A stretch of DNA of 64,000 nucleotides from the NCBI GenBank assembly GCA_002424475.1, contig DIKI01000001.1, forward strand, positions 141,989 to 205,988, written 5' to 3'. The position numbers and the translations under genes were made by a program. This DNA is from Sulfurovum sp. UBA5622 (GTDB lineage Bacteria; Campylobacterota; Campylobacteria; Campylobacterales; Sulfurovaceae). Below the pieces are notes generated by a model. It saw nothing but the letters and a program-made list of their open reading frames with translations, was not told where the DNA came from and ran no database searches. Positions 22,109 through 33,108 of the stretch are shown piece after piece; position 1 is the first letter of the stretch; every line of letters starts with the position of its first letter.

Positions 22109-24058
22109 ATGTTTAATGATTTTCAAACACCAAATTATAATAATTTTATAAAACAATTAAAAACTCTGATAGACAATTATAACAACACAATTGAAAAACT
22201 CGTCATTAGCAGTTCATCAGAATATGACGATATAATCAAACCTATGCAAGAGCTTGACGAGGAATTGTCATTACTTTTTACTCCACTTAGTCATCTCAAT
22301 AGCGTAATGAACTCTGATATTACCCAAAAAACATATGAAGATTCATTACCAATACTATCAGAATTTCATACTAAACTTGCACACAATAAAGCATTATTTG
22401 AAAAGCTTCAAACAATAAAAACCAATACGCCTGAACAAAAAAGAGTGATAGACGAAAGCTTAAAAGAGTTTCGTTTGTCGGGCGTCACATTACCTGCCAA
22501 AACAAAACAACGACTTGAAGATATAGATGCAAAACTAAGCGCTCTTAGCAATGAATTTTCTCAAAATTTGCTTGATGAAACCAATGCATTTGTTTTAACC
22601 ATTGACAATGAAAAAGATGTGCAGGGTATCCCAGAAGCCAACTTGGCTTCAGCACGAAAAATGCAAAATGGAAAAACCGTATATGAATTTACACTTCAAA
22701 TGCCAAGTTATATTGCTTACATGACATACGGTCCAAATCGTTCACATAGAGAAACTCTTTATCGTGCTTACAATACCAAAGCACCTCAAAATGCCCAAAT
22801 TATAGATGAGATATTATCACTTAGACAAGAAGAAGCAAAACTTTTGGGGTTTGATAATTATGCCCAATATGCTCTTGAGAGAAGAGATGCATCGTCACCA
22901 GCAGAAGTAATTGAATTTTTAAAAAAAATCATAGAAATAGCTAGACCTTATGCCATAAAGGAAACAGAGCAACTCAAAGAATTTGCTAAAAAACTTGATG
23001 ACATCGAATCATTACAAAGCTATGATGTGGGATATTATAGTGAAAAACTCAAAAAAGAGTTATTTGATTTTGATGAAACAATGACACAAATATATTTCAA
23101 GAAAGAAGAAGTCTTAAAAGGATTACTTGAGCTGGCATCAAAACTTTTTGATATCAAATTTAAAAAAATAGATATGGATCTATGGGATAAAAGAGTAGAA
23201 GTATATGATATCTATGAAAAGAACACCATAATTTCCAGATTATACTTTGACCTTGAAGCAAGATCGCAAAAAAGCAGTGGAGCATGGATGCATGACTTTG
23301 AAACTCATTTTATAGATAGCCATAAAAATAAGCATTTTGCTTCAGCATTTATAGTATGCAATTTTATGGCAAGCTCCACCGAATCTCCATCTCTATTAAG
23401 ACACGATGATGTAGTAACATTATTTCACGAAATGGGACATGCCTTGCATCATATTTTTGGCAGCAGCGAAGAAAGAGCACTTTCTGGGATAAATGGAGTA
23501 GCATGGGATGTAGTAGAATTTCCTTCACAATTTTTAGAAAACTTTGCATATCAGGCAAACGTGCTTAGATCCTTTGGGTATCATTATGAAACCAAAGAAG
23601 CGATTCCAGAGTGGCTTTTGAGCAAGATAGAAACCAGCAAAAATTTTCAGGCTGCGATGGGAATTCTTAGACAGGTTGAATTTGCACTTTTTGACATCAA
23701 ACTTCATTTAAAATCATACAAAAGTGATGAGATACAATCATTGCTTGATGATATCAGAAAAACTACTTCTTTAATAACTCCACCACCATATAATAAATTT
23801 CAATATAGTTTTAGTCATATCTTTGCTGGAGGATATGCTGCTGGATATTATAGTTATAAATGGGCTGAAGTTCTAAGTGCTGATGCCTTTTTTGCCTGTT
23901 TGGATGAAACTGGTGGTTTTGATGCAAAAAAAGCAAAAGATTATAAAACTTACGTATTATCGCAAGGAAGCAAACGTGATATGCGTGAACTATATAATGA
24001 ATGGCTAGGAAAAGAACCAGAATTAAAAAGTCTTATATCGTTATACGGACTTGATTAA
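22109..24058 (+). CDS. prlC: M3-family zinc metallopeptidase (oligopeptidase A-like)
   Basis: HEMGH zinc motif (TLFHEMGHALHH), downstream EFPSQ, 649 aa. Confidence 0.88.
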   Translation: MFNDFQTPNYNNFIKQLKTLIDNYNNTIEKLVISSSSEYDDIIKPMQELDEELSLLFTPLSHLNSVMNSDITQKTYEDSLPILSEFHTKLAHNKALFEKLQTIKTNTPEQKRVIDESLKEFRLSGVTLPAKTKQRLEDIDAKLSALSNEFSQNLLDETNAFVLTIDNEKDVQGIPEANLASARKMQNGKTVYEFTLQMPSYIAYMTYGPNRSHRETLYRAYNTKAPQNAQIIDEILSLRQEEAKLLGFDNYAQYALERRDASSPAEVIEFLKKIIEIARPYAIKETEQLKEFAKKLDDIESLQSYDVGYYSEKLKKELFDFDETMTQIYFKKEEVLKGLLELASKLFDIKFKKIDMDLWDKRVEVYDIYEKNTIISRLYFDLEARSQKSSGAWMHDFETHFIDSHKNKHFASAFIVCNFMASSTESPSLLRHDDVVTLFHEMGHALHHIFGSSEERALSGINGVAWDVVEFPSQFLENFAYQANVLRSFGYHYETKEAIPEWLLSKIETSKNFQAAMGILRQVEFALFDIKLHLKSYKSDEIQSLLDDIRKTTSLITPPPYNKFQYSFSHIFAGGYAAGYYSYKWAEVLSADAFFACLDETGGFDAKKAKDYKTYVLSQGSKRDMRELYNEWLGKEPELKSLISLYGLD

Positions 24059-24067
24059 GGATTTTAC

Positions 24068-24586
24068 ATGAAAGAGTATCTTTGGCTCGCTTTAACTATA
24101 GTATTGATTTTTGTTATTACTTTAGTAGGGGCTATATTTAGTCCTTCGTTTAGCGAACAAATGAGTTATCTTGAGTTTTTCATAATTCTCGGAGGTTTAT
24201 TGTTTGTTTTTAGTGTATTAGTAGTAGCTGCGACATTAGGATTTAGTTCCTTCGCAATATATATTACCATAATGATAGCTATCATTATGGTAATATTTGA
24301 CATAAATACGGCGTTACTTGTAATAAGCATTACATATGCTATATGGGGACTTATTTTTGCTATGCAGCTTTTGCTTTTTGAAAATGGTGCCGAAGGGGCC
24401 AAAGAATGGTTTATAAGTAGATATACACACAAAAGCTTTCTTATGGAGTATCGTTTTTTCTATCCATTGCTAGGCATAGTATATCTATTATTGGAATATA
24501 TTCCACATTTCATTTATAGAGACAATATAACAAAATTTAATCCAGCAGATATTGCCATGAAAATAGACGAGATACTAAAAAGATAG
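24068..24586 (+). CDS. Hypothetical polytopic membrane protein
   Basis: Four or five hydrophobic segments. No family recognised. Confidence 0.5.
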   Translation: MKEYLWLALTIVLIFVITLVGAIFSPSFSEQMSYLEFFIILGGLLFVFSVLVVAATLGFSSFAIYITIMIAIIMVIFDINTALLVISITYAIWGLIFAMQLLLFENGAEGAKEWFISRYTHKSFLMEYRFFYPLLGIVYLLLEYIPHFIYRDNITKFNPADIAMKIDEILKR

Positions 24587-24621
24587 ATACAATAATATAC
24601 AAAAAATAATCTGCCAATAAA

Positions 24622-25212
24622 TTATGGATTAATCTGTATTGGTGTACCTCTCTCAACATAAGTCCATAGGATATCCATGGTTTTATTTGGAACACCGATA
24701 CATCCTTTTGTCCAATCATACCGTAAAGAATACTTATCTCCATTGCCATTGGCGTTCCACTTTGGTTGCCCATGAATACTCACATATCCTCCAGGATCTA
24801 CGCCCAGCATGCGAGCTCTGGCTTTATCTTTGGCATTTGGATATGATATATACATAGCTTTGTATCGTCTATCGTGACATCTCATGCTATATATGGTATA
24901 AAGCCCTTCTGGTGTCTTACCATCTCCATCTTGCATCTTATGTCCTTTTGTACTATTTTTACTTAGGGATACAGGAAACTGTTTATATATCTTATCGTTT
25001 TTGTACAATTGCATTATTTTTTTTGATTTGTAAATTACAATTTTATCAATCCGTTTATTTGGAGGGACTTTTTGTTTTTTAGATAACTTTTTAACGCATT
25101 CAGTTACGTCATATCTTGGCTCAGTATCATCTCTAACTGGCACATAAAAATCTTTTTCGCTACATCCGCTTGCAAATAACAATATCATGAATGCAAATAT
25201 AATTAATTTCAA
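24622..25212 (-). CDS. L,D-transpeptidase (YkuD-domain) lipoprotein
   Basis: TTG start, lipobox LLFASGC, catalytic SIHG...TKGCIGV. Confidence 0.85.
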   Translation of the reverse strand: MKLIIFAFMILLFASGCSEKDFYVPVRDDTEPRYDVTECVKKLSKKQKVPPNKRIDKIVIYKSKKIMQLYKNDKIYKQFPVSLSKNSTKGHKMQDGDGKTPEGLYTIYSMRCHDRRYKAMYISYPNAKDKARARMLGVDPGGYVSIHGQPKWNANGNGDKYSLRYDWTKGCIGVPNKTMDILWTYVERGTPIQINP

Positions 25213-25305
25213 ATTTTGCCTTTATACACTATCAATACAAATCAAAATGCACTAAAATATATTTCTTGTCCAGTATTCTAAAATAGCTAAAGTCACGTAT
25301 GACGA

Positions 25306-26571
25306 TTATTTAGCTCCAGTAATTTTTTTAATACGTTCTGGCTGCTTTTTGCCTTCGATAATAAATCTCAAAGCATTTAGACGGATAAATCCTTCAGCAT
25401 CTGCTTGATTATATACTTCATCTTCTTCAAAAGTAGAGTGTGCTTCACTATATAGTGATTTCTCAGAACTTCTACCTACAACCATAACATTGCCTTTGTA
25501 GAGCTTTAGTCTTACTTCACCGTTTACGTTCTCTTGTGTGGCATCTATAGCAGCTTGAAGCATATTTCTCTCAGGAGACCACCAATAGCCTGTATATATC
25601 AATTTAGCATATTTAGGCATAAGCTCATCTTTTAGATGTGCTTCCTCTCTATCTAAAGTAATTGATTCGATAGCTCTATGGGCTTTTAGCATAATAGTTC
25701 CGCCTGGAGTTTCATAGCAACCTCTGGCTTTCATTCCTACATAACGATTTTCTACTATATCAACACGTCCGATCCCATGTTTGTTGCCATAATCATTTAA
25801 TGTTTTCAATAATGTTGCTGGTGACATTTCTGTTCCATTTATTGCTACTGGATCACCATTACGGTAAGTGATCGTGATATATTCTGCCTTATCTGGAGCA
25901 TTTTCTGGAGAAGTTGTCCATAGCCACATACTTTCTTCCGGCTCATTATTTGGATTTTCCAGATGAAGTCCTTCATATGAGATATGAAGCAAATTTGCAT
26001 CCATTGAGTATGGACTAACTGCTGGGTTGCCATTCTCATCAAGATGTTTTTTTGAAATCTCAATATCATTTTCTCTTGCATATGTAAGTAGTTTTTCACG
26101 AGAATTAAGATCCCATTCTCTCCATGGTGCGATGACTGCAATATCAGGATTAAGCGCGAGATACCCCAGTTCAAATCTCACTTGATCATTTCCTTTGCCT
26201 GTAGCTCCATGGCTCACAGCGTCAGCTCCAGTTTGCTGTGCAATTTCTATCTGTTTTTTAGCTATAAGAGGTCTAGCTATCGAAGTACCAAGTAAATACT
26301 CGCCTTCATAGATTGCATTGGCTCTAAACATAGGGAATACAAAATCTTTTACAAACTCTTCACGCAAATCAAGTATAAAAATGTTTTCTGGCTTAATACC
26401 AAGCTTAAGTGCTTTTTCGCGAGCTGGCTCTACTTCTTCGCCCTGCCCTAAATCAGCCGTAAAAGTTACCACTTCACAGCCATATTCATCTTGAAGCCAT
26501 TTTAATATAATACTAGTGTCAAGACCGCCACTGTATGCCAATACAGCTTTTTTGATATTTTTCTTTGCCAT
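25306..26571 (-). CDS. argG: Argininosuccinate synthase
   Basis: [11 protein letters not shown]-loop and [13 protein letters not shown]. Confidence 0.97.
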   Translation of the reverse strand: MAKKNIKKAVLAYSGGLDTSIILKWLQDEYGCEVVTFTADLGQGEEVEPAREKALKLGIKPENIFILDLREEFVKDFVFPMFRANAIYEGEYLLGTSIARPLIAKKQIEIAQQTGADAVSHGATGKGNDQVRFELGYLALNPDIAVIAPWREWDLNSREKLLTYARENDIEISKKHLDENGNPAVSPYSMDANLLHISYEGLHLENPNNEPEESMWLWTTSPENAPDKAEYITITYRNGDPVAINGTEMSPATLLKTLNDYGNKHGIGRVDIVENRYVGMKARGCYETPGGTIMLKAHRAIESITLDREEAHLKDELMPKYAKLIYTGYWWSPERNMLQAAIDATQENVNGEVRLKLYKGNVMVVGRSSEKSLYSEAHSTFEEDEVYNQADAEGFIRLNALRFIIEGKKQPERIKKITGAK

Positions 26572-26690
26572 GCAGATACCTCTTATTTATTAATTAAATT
26601 GTGCGGATTTTACCATAATGTTGGTAATAGTTGGTTTTTAGAAAATTTAAATATGATATAATCTCTATAGATTATACAGTAAGGAATATT

Positions 26691-27473
26691 ATGAAATTAG
26701 GCGTCAATATAGATCATATAGCCGTACTTAGGGAAGCAAGAAAAATAAATGACCCAAATCCTATTGATGCTATCAGTATATGTAAATTAGCAGATGCTGA
26801 TCAGATTACTATTCATCTGCGTGAAGACAGACGACATATCCAAGACAACGATGCTAAAGATATCATAAAACTTTCGCAATTACCGATCAATCTAGAGTGC
26901 GCTATTGAGCCTTCTATGATAGATATTGCTTGTTCTTTAAAGCCTCATCGCGTTACACTAGTGCCCGAAAAGAGAGAAGAAGTAACCACGGAAGGCGGTT
27001 TGGCAGTAACCGGTGAAATTTCACGGCTTAAAAATGCAATAGCCAAGCTGCACGAACATGAAATTGAAGTATCACTTTTTATAGATCCTACAATTGACGC
27101 TGTTGATGCATCCAAAAATCTAGGAGTAGAATGGATAGAATTTCATACCGGATCATACGCCAATATCTACGCTATGCTGTATACAAATCTGTCATATACT
27201 CATCATTCTATAAAAGAATTAGAGTTATCTAGAAAAAAATTACAGCAAAAACTACATGAAGAGCTTGATAATCTTATAGCGTTGAGTAAAAAAGCAGATG
27301 ATATGGGCCTGAGCGTAGCTGCCGGACATGGACTTAATTATCAAAATGTAAAAGCAATTGCAAATATATCCCATATAAAAGAGTTAAATATCGGACAAAG
27401 CATCATAGCAAGATCTGTATTTACCGGTCTCGAAAAAGCTATATTAGATATGAAAAGCTTGATAAAAAAATGA
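26691..27473 (+). CDS. pdxJ: Pyridoxine 5'-phosphate synthase
   Basis: MKLGVNIDHIAVLREAR N-terminus and ITIHLREDRRHI. Start at ATG 26691 after AAGGAA. Confidence 0.94.
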   Translation: MKLGVNIDHIAVLREARKINDPNPIDAISICKLADADQITIHLREDRRHIQDNDAKDIIKLSQLPINLECAIEPSMIDIACSLKPHRVTLVPEKREEVTTEGGLAVTGEISRLKNAIAKLHEHEIEVSLFIDPTIDAVDASKNLGVEWIEFHTGSYANIYAMLYTNLSYTHHSIKELELSRKKLQQKLHEELDNLIALSKKADDMGLSVAAGHGLNYQNVKAIANISHIKELNIGQSIIARSVFTGLEKAILDMKSLIKK

Positions 27474-28393
27474 AAAAAGTAGCAATAAGCGTAGGTGATT
27501 TAAATGGTATAGGCATAGAGCTAATACTTAGAAATCATGATAAATTATCAAATATCATATCTCCAATATATTGCATAGATGAAGAAATGTTGATGCAAGC
27601 TAGCAGTAAGCTACAGCTTCAAGTACCGCAAAATTTTCAAATTGCTAATAGCATAGCTCCATATTTTGATATACAACCAGGAGAGATAAGCAAAGAAAGC
27701 GGTGCGTATAGCTATGCTTCTTTTGTATCTGCGGTACAAATGGCAAAAGAAAAAAAAGTTGACGGCATTTGTACACTACCTATTCACAAAAAAGCATGGG
27801 AATTAGCCGGTATCAATTATAAAGGGCACACTGATGCTTTGAGAGATTTTTTTAAAACTGATGCTATCATGATGCTAGGATGCCCAAAACTTTTTGTAGC
27901 ACTCTTTACGGAACATATTCCTCTTAGAGAGGTAGCCACAAGTCTTACGGTAGAAAAATTAACTAATTTTTTGATGGATTTTGCCAAAAGCGTCAAACCT
28001 GCCAATGCAGTCGGGGTTCTTGGACTCAATCCTCATGCTGGAGATGGTGGAGTACTAGGCAATGAAGAAGAGATGATCATACAAGCAATAAAAAAAGCAA
28101 ATAATACTATAGGACAAGAATTATTTGCAGGACCTTTAGTGCCGGATGTGGCATTTACGCCACATATGCGCAATAGATATATGCATATGGTGGCAATGTA
28201 TCATGATCAAGGCTTAGCACCATTAAAAGCTCTATATTTTGATGAGAGTATAAATGTCTCACTTTGCCTACCGATATTAAGAACATCCGTAGACCATGGT
28301 ACAGCATTTGATATAGCATACAAAGGAGCAAAACTAAATAATCTAAGCTATCTAAATGCGATTAAATATATAGTGGATAATTCAAAGACCTAA
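27470..28393 (+). CDS. pdxA: 4-hydroxythreonine-4-phosphate dehydrogenase
   Basis: GDLNGIGIE, GHTD and SVDHGTAFDIA motifs. ATGA overlap with pdxJ. Confidence 0.93.
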   Translation: MKKVAISVGDLNGIGIELILRNHDKLSNIISPIYCIDEEMLMQASSKLQLQVPQNFQIANSIAPYFDIQPGEISKESGAYSYASFVSAVQMAKEKKVDGICTLPIHKKAWELAGINYKGHTDALRDFFKTDAIMMLGCPKLFVALFTEHIPLREVATSLTVEKLTNFLMDFAKSVKPANAVGVLGLNPHAGDGGVLGNEEEMIIQAIKKANNTIGQELFAGPLVPDVAFTPHMRNRYMHMVAMYHDQGLAPLKALYFDESINVSLCLPILRTSVDHGTAFDIAYKGAKLNNLSYLNAIKYIVDNSKT

Positions 28394-28443
28394 GTAAACA
28401 GCAGCTAATGTGGTGGCTAGCTTATACATCAGCCTCCAAAAAA

Positions 28444-28662
28444 TTAAAAAAGCCCTGCCTCACTCTTTATTATCTCACACTCTTCATTCATATGCTTGGA
28501 GAGTTGTTCCTTGCAAGATGCACATACATAACGATATGAACGCATATCGTAATATATCTGGGTGCCCTCCTCTAATGAAGCATAACATACGCTACACACA
28601 TTTGTCACACGTAAAAGAATATCGCTTGTTGCAACTTGTTCTACAAAACAACGGTCATTCAT
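28444..28662 (-). CDS. Small zinc-ribbon protein (CxxC-N20-CxxC)
   Basis: 72 aa with CSVC...CASC. Start shares 1 nt with the stop of the upstream TPR gene (TAATG). Preferred over the antisense ORF 28410-28676. Confidence 0.55.
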   Translation of the reverse strand: MNDRCFVEQVATSDILLRVTNVCSVCYASLEEGTQIYYDMRSYRYVCASCKEQLSKHMNEECEIIKSEAGLF

Positions 28663-29306
28663 TATGGCTCCTTTGAAGAGAGTTTATCGATCATTACCTT
28701 TGCATCATCCAATGAATTATCCAAATCCAATGTTTTTTTATAATTATTAAGTGCATCTTCATTGCGTCCTAGATCATATAAGGTATTAGCATAATTAAAA
28801 TAATTTGGTGCATAACGAGGATCTAACGATATCGCTTTTTCATGATAAGTTATAGCTTTATCATTCTCATTTTGTTTGTGATAGATATTAGCCAATGTAC
28901 TATAAGCCAAATCATTATCTTTATCAATTGTCAAAATATTTTCATAATATTTTTTGGCTTCTTCGAGATTATTATCTTGCAATGATAAATATCCGAGTCT
29001 CTGCTGTACTCCAATATTCTTACTATCAACAATCAATGCGCTTTGAAGTGCTTTTTTTGCTTCCAAAAAATCTCCTTTAGCTACAGATTCATCCGCAATA
29101 GCCAAAAGTTCATCCAGCCTGCTAAGATTTAGTTTTGGTTTGGAAAAAATTTTATCAGGACTTGAAACACCGCCTATCTGCTCGTCTGGCAATGTCGCTT
29201 CGAAGTCTATACCTCTTTTTGGATAATCCCCGGCAAATAATTTTTTAAAAAAAATATAAAAAATTACAAACGCAACTAAAAAAAGTATAAGTTGAAAAAA
29301 AGACAT
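28662..29306 (-). CDS. Membrane-anchored TPR-repeat protein
   Basis: N-terminal TM (FFQLILFLVAFVIFYIFF) followed by about four TPR units (AKKALQSALIVD..., AKKYYENILTID..., AITYHEKAISLD..., ALNNYKKTLDLD...). Confidence 0.7.
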   Translation of the reverse strand: MSFFQLILFLVAFVIFYIFFKKLFAGDYPKRGIDFEATLPDEQIGGVSSPDKIFSKPKLNLSRLDELLAIADESVAKGDFLEAKKALQSALIVDSKNIGVQQRLGYLSLQDNNLEEAKKYYENILTIDKDNDLAYSTLANIYHKQNENDKAITYHEKAISLDPRYAPNYFNYANTLYDLGRNEDALNNYKKTLDLDNSLDDAKVMIDKLSSKEP

Positions 29307-29374
29307 CAGAACTCCAAATTATTTATTATTATTATGATAGGCGAATTTAACTTAAACTCAGAGAAAAAAGAGTT

Positions 29375-29644
29375 TTATTTCGAAGCTAATTGCTCCTGTA
29401 TAGAGATAATTTCTTTGCTCAATTCTTCTTTAGTGTGATAAAAAAATTCTTTTTTTACACCATCTTGCAGATTGACCACCAAAGCATATCCAGCGACCAC
29501 AACTTTACCGATTCCTTCGGTCTCCAACCATTCAAGACTGATATGCGTAGTCTCATTTTCTTCACCTGTGCCTACAATGGCAACCGGATAAAGTTTTGTA
29601 ATTAATTTACTGTCTAATTGTATATCGGCAATTGTTAAAATCAT
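29375..29644 (-). CDS. Hypothetical protein (89 aa)
   Basis: Only the open frame and its placement opposite the yqeY promoter region support this call. No family recognised. Confidence 0.4.
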   Translation of the reverse strand: MILTIADIQLDSKLITKLYPVAIVGTGEENETTHISLEWLETEGIGKVVVAGYALVVNLQDGVKKEFFYHTKEELSKEIISIQEQLASK

Positions 29645-29696
29645 AAATGAGATTATAGTATAATCATCTTCAAATTACGAATAATAAGGAAAAGAT

Positions 29697-30140
29697 ATGA
29701 GCTTAAAAGAAGAGATAAAAGAGGTTATCAAAGAAGCAATGAGAGCCAAAGAAAATGCCAAAAGAGATACTCTTCGCAATATCCAAACTATGATAAAACA
29801 AATAGAAGTAGACGAAAGAAGAGAATTAGATGACGAGGAAGTGGTCAAACTTATCGCCAAATATGCCAAACAAAGAGAAGAGGCAAAAGCTCAATTTGAA
29901 AGTGCTGGCAGAATGGATTTGGTAGAAAAAGAAAATGCAGAACTTGCTATTATTGCACCTTACTTACCAAAACAATTAAGCGATATCGAGCTTGAAGCTA
30001 TCTTAAAAGAGATCATTGCAACTACCGGTGCATCATCTATGAAAGATATGGGTAAAGTTATGGGTGTAGCCAAAGAAACTGTTGGTAATCAGGCAGATGG
30101 CGGCAGAATAAACCAAATAGTCAAAGCATTATTGGGATAA
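29697..30140 (+). CDS. GatB/YqeY-domain protein
   Basis: 147 aa; MSLKEEIKEVIKEAMRAKENAKRDTLRNI is the typical YqeY N-terminus. Confidence 0.88.
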   Translation: MSLKEEIKEVIKEAMRAKENAKRDTLRNIQTMIKQIEVDERRELDDEEVVKLIAKYAKQREEAKAQFESAGRMDLVEKENAELAIIAPYLPKQLSDIELEAILKEIIATTGASSMKDMGKVMGVAKETVGNQADGGRINQIVKALLG

Positions 30141-30156
30141 ATTAATGTCCACGCAA

Positions 30157-30175
30157 CCAAGCTCCATTAGCTTGG
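30157..30175. terminator. Short hairpin between convergent genes
   Basis: CCAAGCT-ccatt-AGCTTGG (7-bp stem) spanning the stop of the minus-strand phosphoesterase gene. Confidence 0.4.
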
Positions 30176-31288
30176 CAAAAGCTTAATATTTGTTATCTCA
30201 CTGCTAACTCCCAACCTCATAGGCGGCCCCCAATATCCTGTACCTCTATTTACATAGATTTGGAGATTGTTATTATGGTTATAAAGCCCTGCAATGTAAG
30301 GCTGCTGCAACCCAACTAATAATCTAAAAGGATATAGTTGACCGCCATGCGTATGGCCACTCAACATCAAATCAACTTTGTTATTTTCAACTTCTTCTAT
30401 GTATAATGGTTGATGTGCCAGAAGTACAGTAGGAAATGTTGGAAGGGTATGCTTTAATGCTTTTTTGAGATCTGGAACAAACTCTAAAGTGCGATATCCA
30501 AACATATCATAAACACCAGCTAGATTAAATCCGTTATCTTTTTCTCCTATATATACCGAGTCATTTTCTAAAACTTTTATGCCCAGAGATTTGATAGCTT
30601 CTAGTATTTCAGATATGTTATGAAAATATTCATGATTACCGACTATAAAATATATTCCGTGCTTGCTTTTGAGTGAAGCTAGCCCGCTTATGGCATCTTT
30701 GGCATATTTTATCTCTATATCCACCAAGTCGCCTGTAATTACTACAAGATCAGGCTCTAGAGCATTTATCTTTGAGACGATTGACTTTATGAAATCAGCA
30801 TCGATGAGACCACCTATGTGAATATCACTTAATTGAATTATGTTATATGTTTTTTTTAGATCTTTTATCTTAATATCTACGTCTTCAATAACAATATGTT
30901 GTGCTTCATAGATTGCTCTGCTATTTAATACAAATGCAGCGCCTATAGATGCAATATCTAATGTTTTTCTGAAAAAATCTCTTTTACTTTGCGATATTGG
31001 AGAAAGTGATAATGCCTGGTTTGATATATCATAAATTATAGTTAAACAGAAAATCAAAAATATAATGCCAATTGGCAATGAAAATATAAAATATAACCAA
31101 TTGGGAATATGAGGATAATACCTAGTAAATATATAAGCAAAAACGCCTATTAAATTTAATATCAATATAATGTTGAACGTTGCTTTGGTAGTTGTTTTCA
31201 GATGCGATTTCTCTACAAATCGCTTGTGCGTATAATAATGAAGAGATACCATTATAATCATAAATACGGAAATAAAAATGATTTTCAT
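30167..31288 (-). CDS. Membrane-anchored metallophosphoesterase
   Basis: Three N-terminal TMs, then calcineurin-like motifs SDIHIG, TGDLVD, GNHE, GHTHGGQ. Confidence 0.88.
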   Translation of the reverse strand: MKIIFISVFMIIMVSLHYYTHKRFVEKSHLKTTTKATFNIILILNLIGVFAYIFTRYYPHIPNWLYFIFSLPIGIIFLIFCLTIIYDISNQALSLSPISQSKRDFFRKTLDIASIGAAFVLNSRAIYEAQHIVIEDVDIKIKDLKKTYNIIQLSDIHIGGLIDADFIKSIVSKINALEPDLVVITGDLVDIEIKYAKDAISGLASLKSKHGIYFIVGNHEYFHNISEILEAIKSLGIKVLENDSVYIGEKDNGFNLAGVYDMFGYRTLEFVPDLKKALKHTLPTFPTVLLAHQPLYIEEVENNKVDLMLSGHTHGGQLYPFRLLVGLQQPYIAGLYNHNNNLQIYVNRGTGYWGPPMRLGVSSEITNIKLLPS

Positions 31289-31320
31289 AATGACCTATAT
31301 TGGTTTATTTTTGATAAAAA

Positions 31321-32121
31321 TTATAAATTATTGCCATATTTCAAGCTTTTAATAGCCTCTGTGATGTCATCTTGACGCATAAAATGTTCGCCCACCAAAA
31401 ATGCATCTGCTCCTATTTTGGATAATTCTACTACTGTTTCATGACTGTCTATACCGCTCTCAGCCACTATAATTTTGCCATTTGGTATAAGAGGAATTAG
31501 CTTTTCGCTCAAACTCATATCCATCTCAAATGTCTCTAAATTACGATGATTGATACCAATGATATTTGCTCCTGCAAACATCGCTTTGACTAGATCACTC
31601 TTGTCATGCACTTCTACAAGCACATCAAGCCCCAAATGAAGCGCGTAATCATATAACTCTTTAAGCTCTTTTCTGCTCAAGGCTGCTGCAATAAGAAGTA
31701 CGAAATCTGCTCCATAGACTAAAGCTTCAACTAGTTGATATTTATCTACAATAAAATCTTTTCTAAGCAATGGAATACCTACGTATCTGCGGATCATACC
31801 TAGATACTCTTTGTCGCCTTGAAAATAGTGAGGCTCAGTAAGAATAGATAATGCGTCTGCTCCTCCTCTTTCATATGCTTGAGCGATAAGTACGGGATCG
31901 AAATCTTCTCTTATAACTCCTTTGCTGGGACTTGCTTTTTTAACTTCTGCTATTATGCGATATGGATTTTCTGATGTAGAACGCAGGGCAGCTTTGACAT
32001 CTTTTGGAATAAACGGATTAAATGCCAATGAACGACCAAGCCACTCTAACGGAAAATCTACTTTTCTTTTTTCTAGATCATCTTTTGTTTTTCGTATAAT
32101 TTCTTGGAGTATCTTTGGCAT
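31321..32121 (-). CDS. trpC: Indole-3-glycerol phosphate synthase
   Basis: [38 protein letters not shown]. Confidence 0.95.
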   Translation of the reverse strand: MPKILQEIIRKTKDDLEKRKVDFPLEWLGRSLAFNPFIPKDVKAALRSTSENPYRIIAEVKKASPSKGVIREDFDPVLIAQAYERGGADALSILTEPHYFQGDKEYLGMIRRYVGIPLLRKDFIVDKYQLVEALVYGADFVLLIAAALSRKELKELYDYALHLGLDVLVEVHDKSDLVKAMFAGANIIGINHRNLETFEMDMSLSEKLIPLIPNGKIIVAESGIDSHETVVELSKIGADAFLVGEHFMRQDDITEAIKSLKYGNNL

Positions 32122-32154
32122 TCACAAACCCTTAAATTTTTGTAGCATTATAGC

Positions 32155-33108
32155 TTAGAGCGACTTATGTACTTGTGTAGATGTTTTGGATATTTGAGGA
32201 TTACATTCTTTTATCTTGTGCCAATGTGCTCTAGTCTTAGGTTCGCTCAAAACCTTATCATTAACAATATTCTTAATAATTTCTTGAGATTTTATGCATT
32301 CACCACTTTCATAATATCCCCAAGCTATTTCGATAACATAGTTTAAATATTTATTATCTTTGGTCTTGTCATATAATAGTTTGGATGTTTGTATAATTCC
32401 ATCTGTATTTTTAGTCTTCGTATAAAGATCCAATAGTTTTTCATGAAGGGCATTTTGACTTTCAAACTTTGAGCTATGTTCATGAAGTATGCCAATAGCT
32501 TGTTGATGTTCGTCATACATATCCGATAAAATAATAGCTATTCTCATAGCTACATCTTCCCTCATACTCTCATCATAAAGCTCTTTTAATATTGCAAGAG
32601 ATTTGTTTGGATCATTGCCATATAAAAATGCATCAGATGCTATCTCTCTATCAATAGGATCTTTAGATATGTCTATTAGTTCAATAGCATTTAATTTTGC
32701 ATTTTCATAGTCTTTTTGCATTAAATGAAGCGTCAATATAAGCCTTAATACTTCTATCTCTTTTGGGTTATTTGCATATAATATTTCAAGTTCTTTTTTT
32801 GAAGCATCTAGATACTTATTCATTAATAATGAGAGATGAATTTTTTTAAGCAAATATGCTTTGGCATGATTAGTATCATATAATTTACTGAAAACTTTAT
32901 AGCTATTGGCAAAATCTTTTTGCTCTTCGTACCACAAACCTTGCATTATAAGATCGTCTTCCGTGGTAATTTCAAGCGACAAAGATGTTTTGCCAATATC
33001 ATCAAAGTCTTGTGGATATATATACATCCACAATTTCAAACCTATAAAAAATAGTGTGATAACCAATAAAAATGTAAGTATTATGGTTACTATACGATTC
33101 CTGGACAC
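32155..33108 (-). CDS. Membrane-anchored helical-repeat (TPR-like) protein
   Basis: N-terminal TM (IVTIILTFLLVITLFFIGL), then alpha-helical repeats. No specific family recognised. Confidence 0.5.
   Translation of the reverse strand: MSRNRIVTIILTFLLVITLFFIGLKLWMYIYPQDFDDIGKTSLSLEITTEDDLIMQGLWYEEQKDFANSYKVFSKLYDTNHAKAYLLKKIHLSLLMNKYLDASKKELEILYANNPKEIEVLRLILTLHLMQKDYENAKLNAIELIDISKDPIDREIASDAFLYGNDPNKSLAILKELYDESMREDVAMRIAIILSDMYDEHQQAIGILHEHSSKFESQNALHEKLLDLYTKTKNTDGIIQTSKLLYDKTKDNKYLNYVIEIAWGYYESGECIKSQEIIKNIVNDKVLSEPKTRAHWHKIKECNPQISKTSTQVHKSL

Noticed and set aside
28410-28676. 88-aa plus-strand ORF
   Set aside because: Competes with the minus-strand 72-aa zinc-ribbon ORF. That ORF has paired CxxC motifs and a TAATG coupling to the upstream gene, whereas the plus-strand product is His/Leu-rich with no motif.
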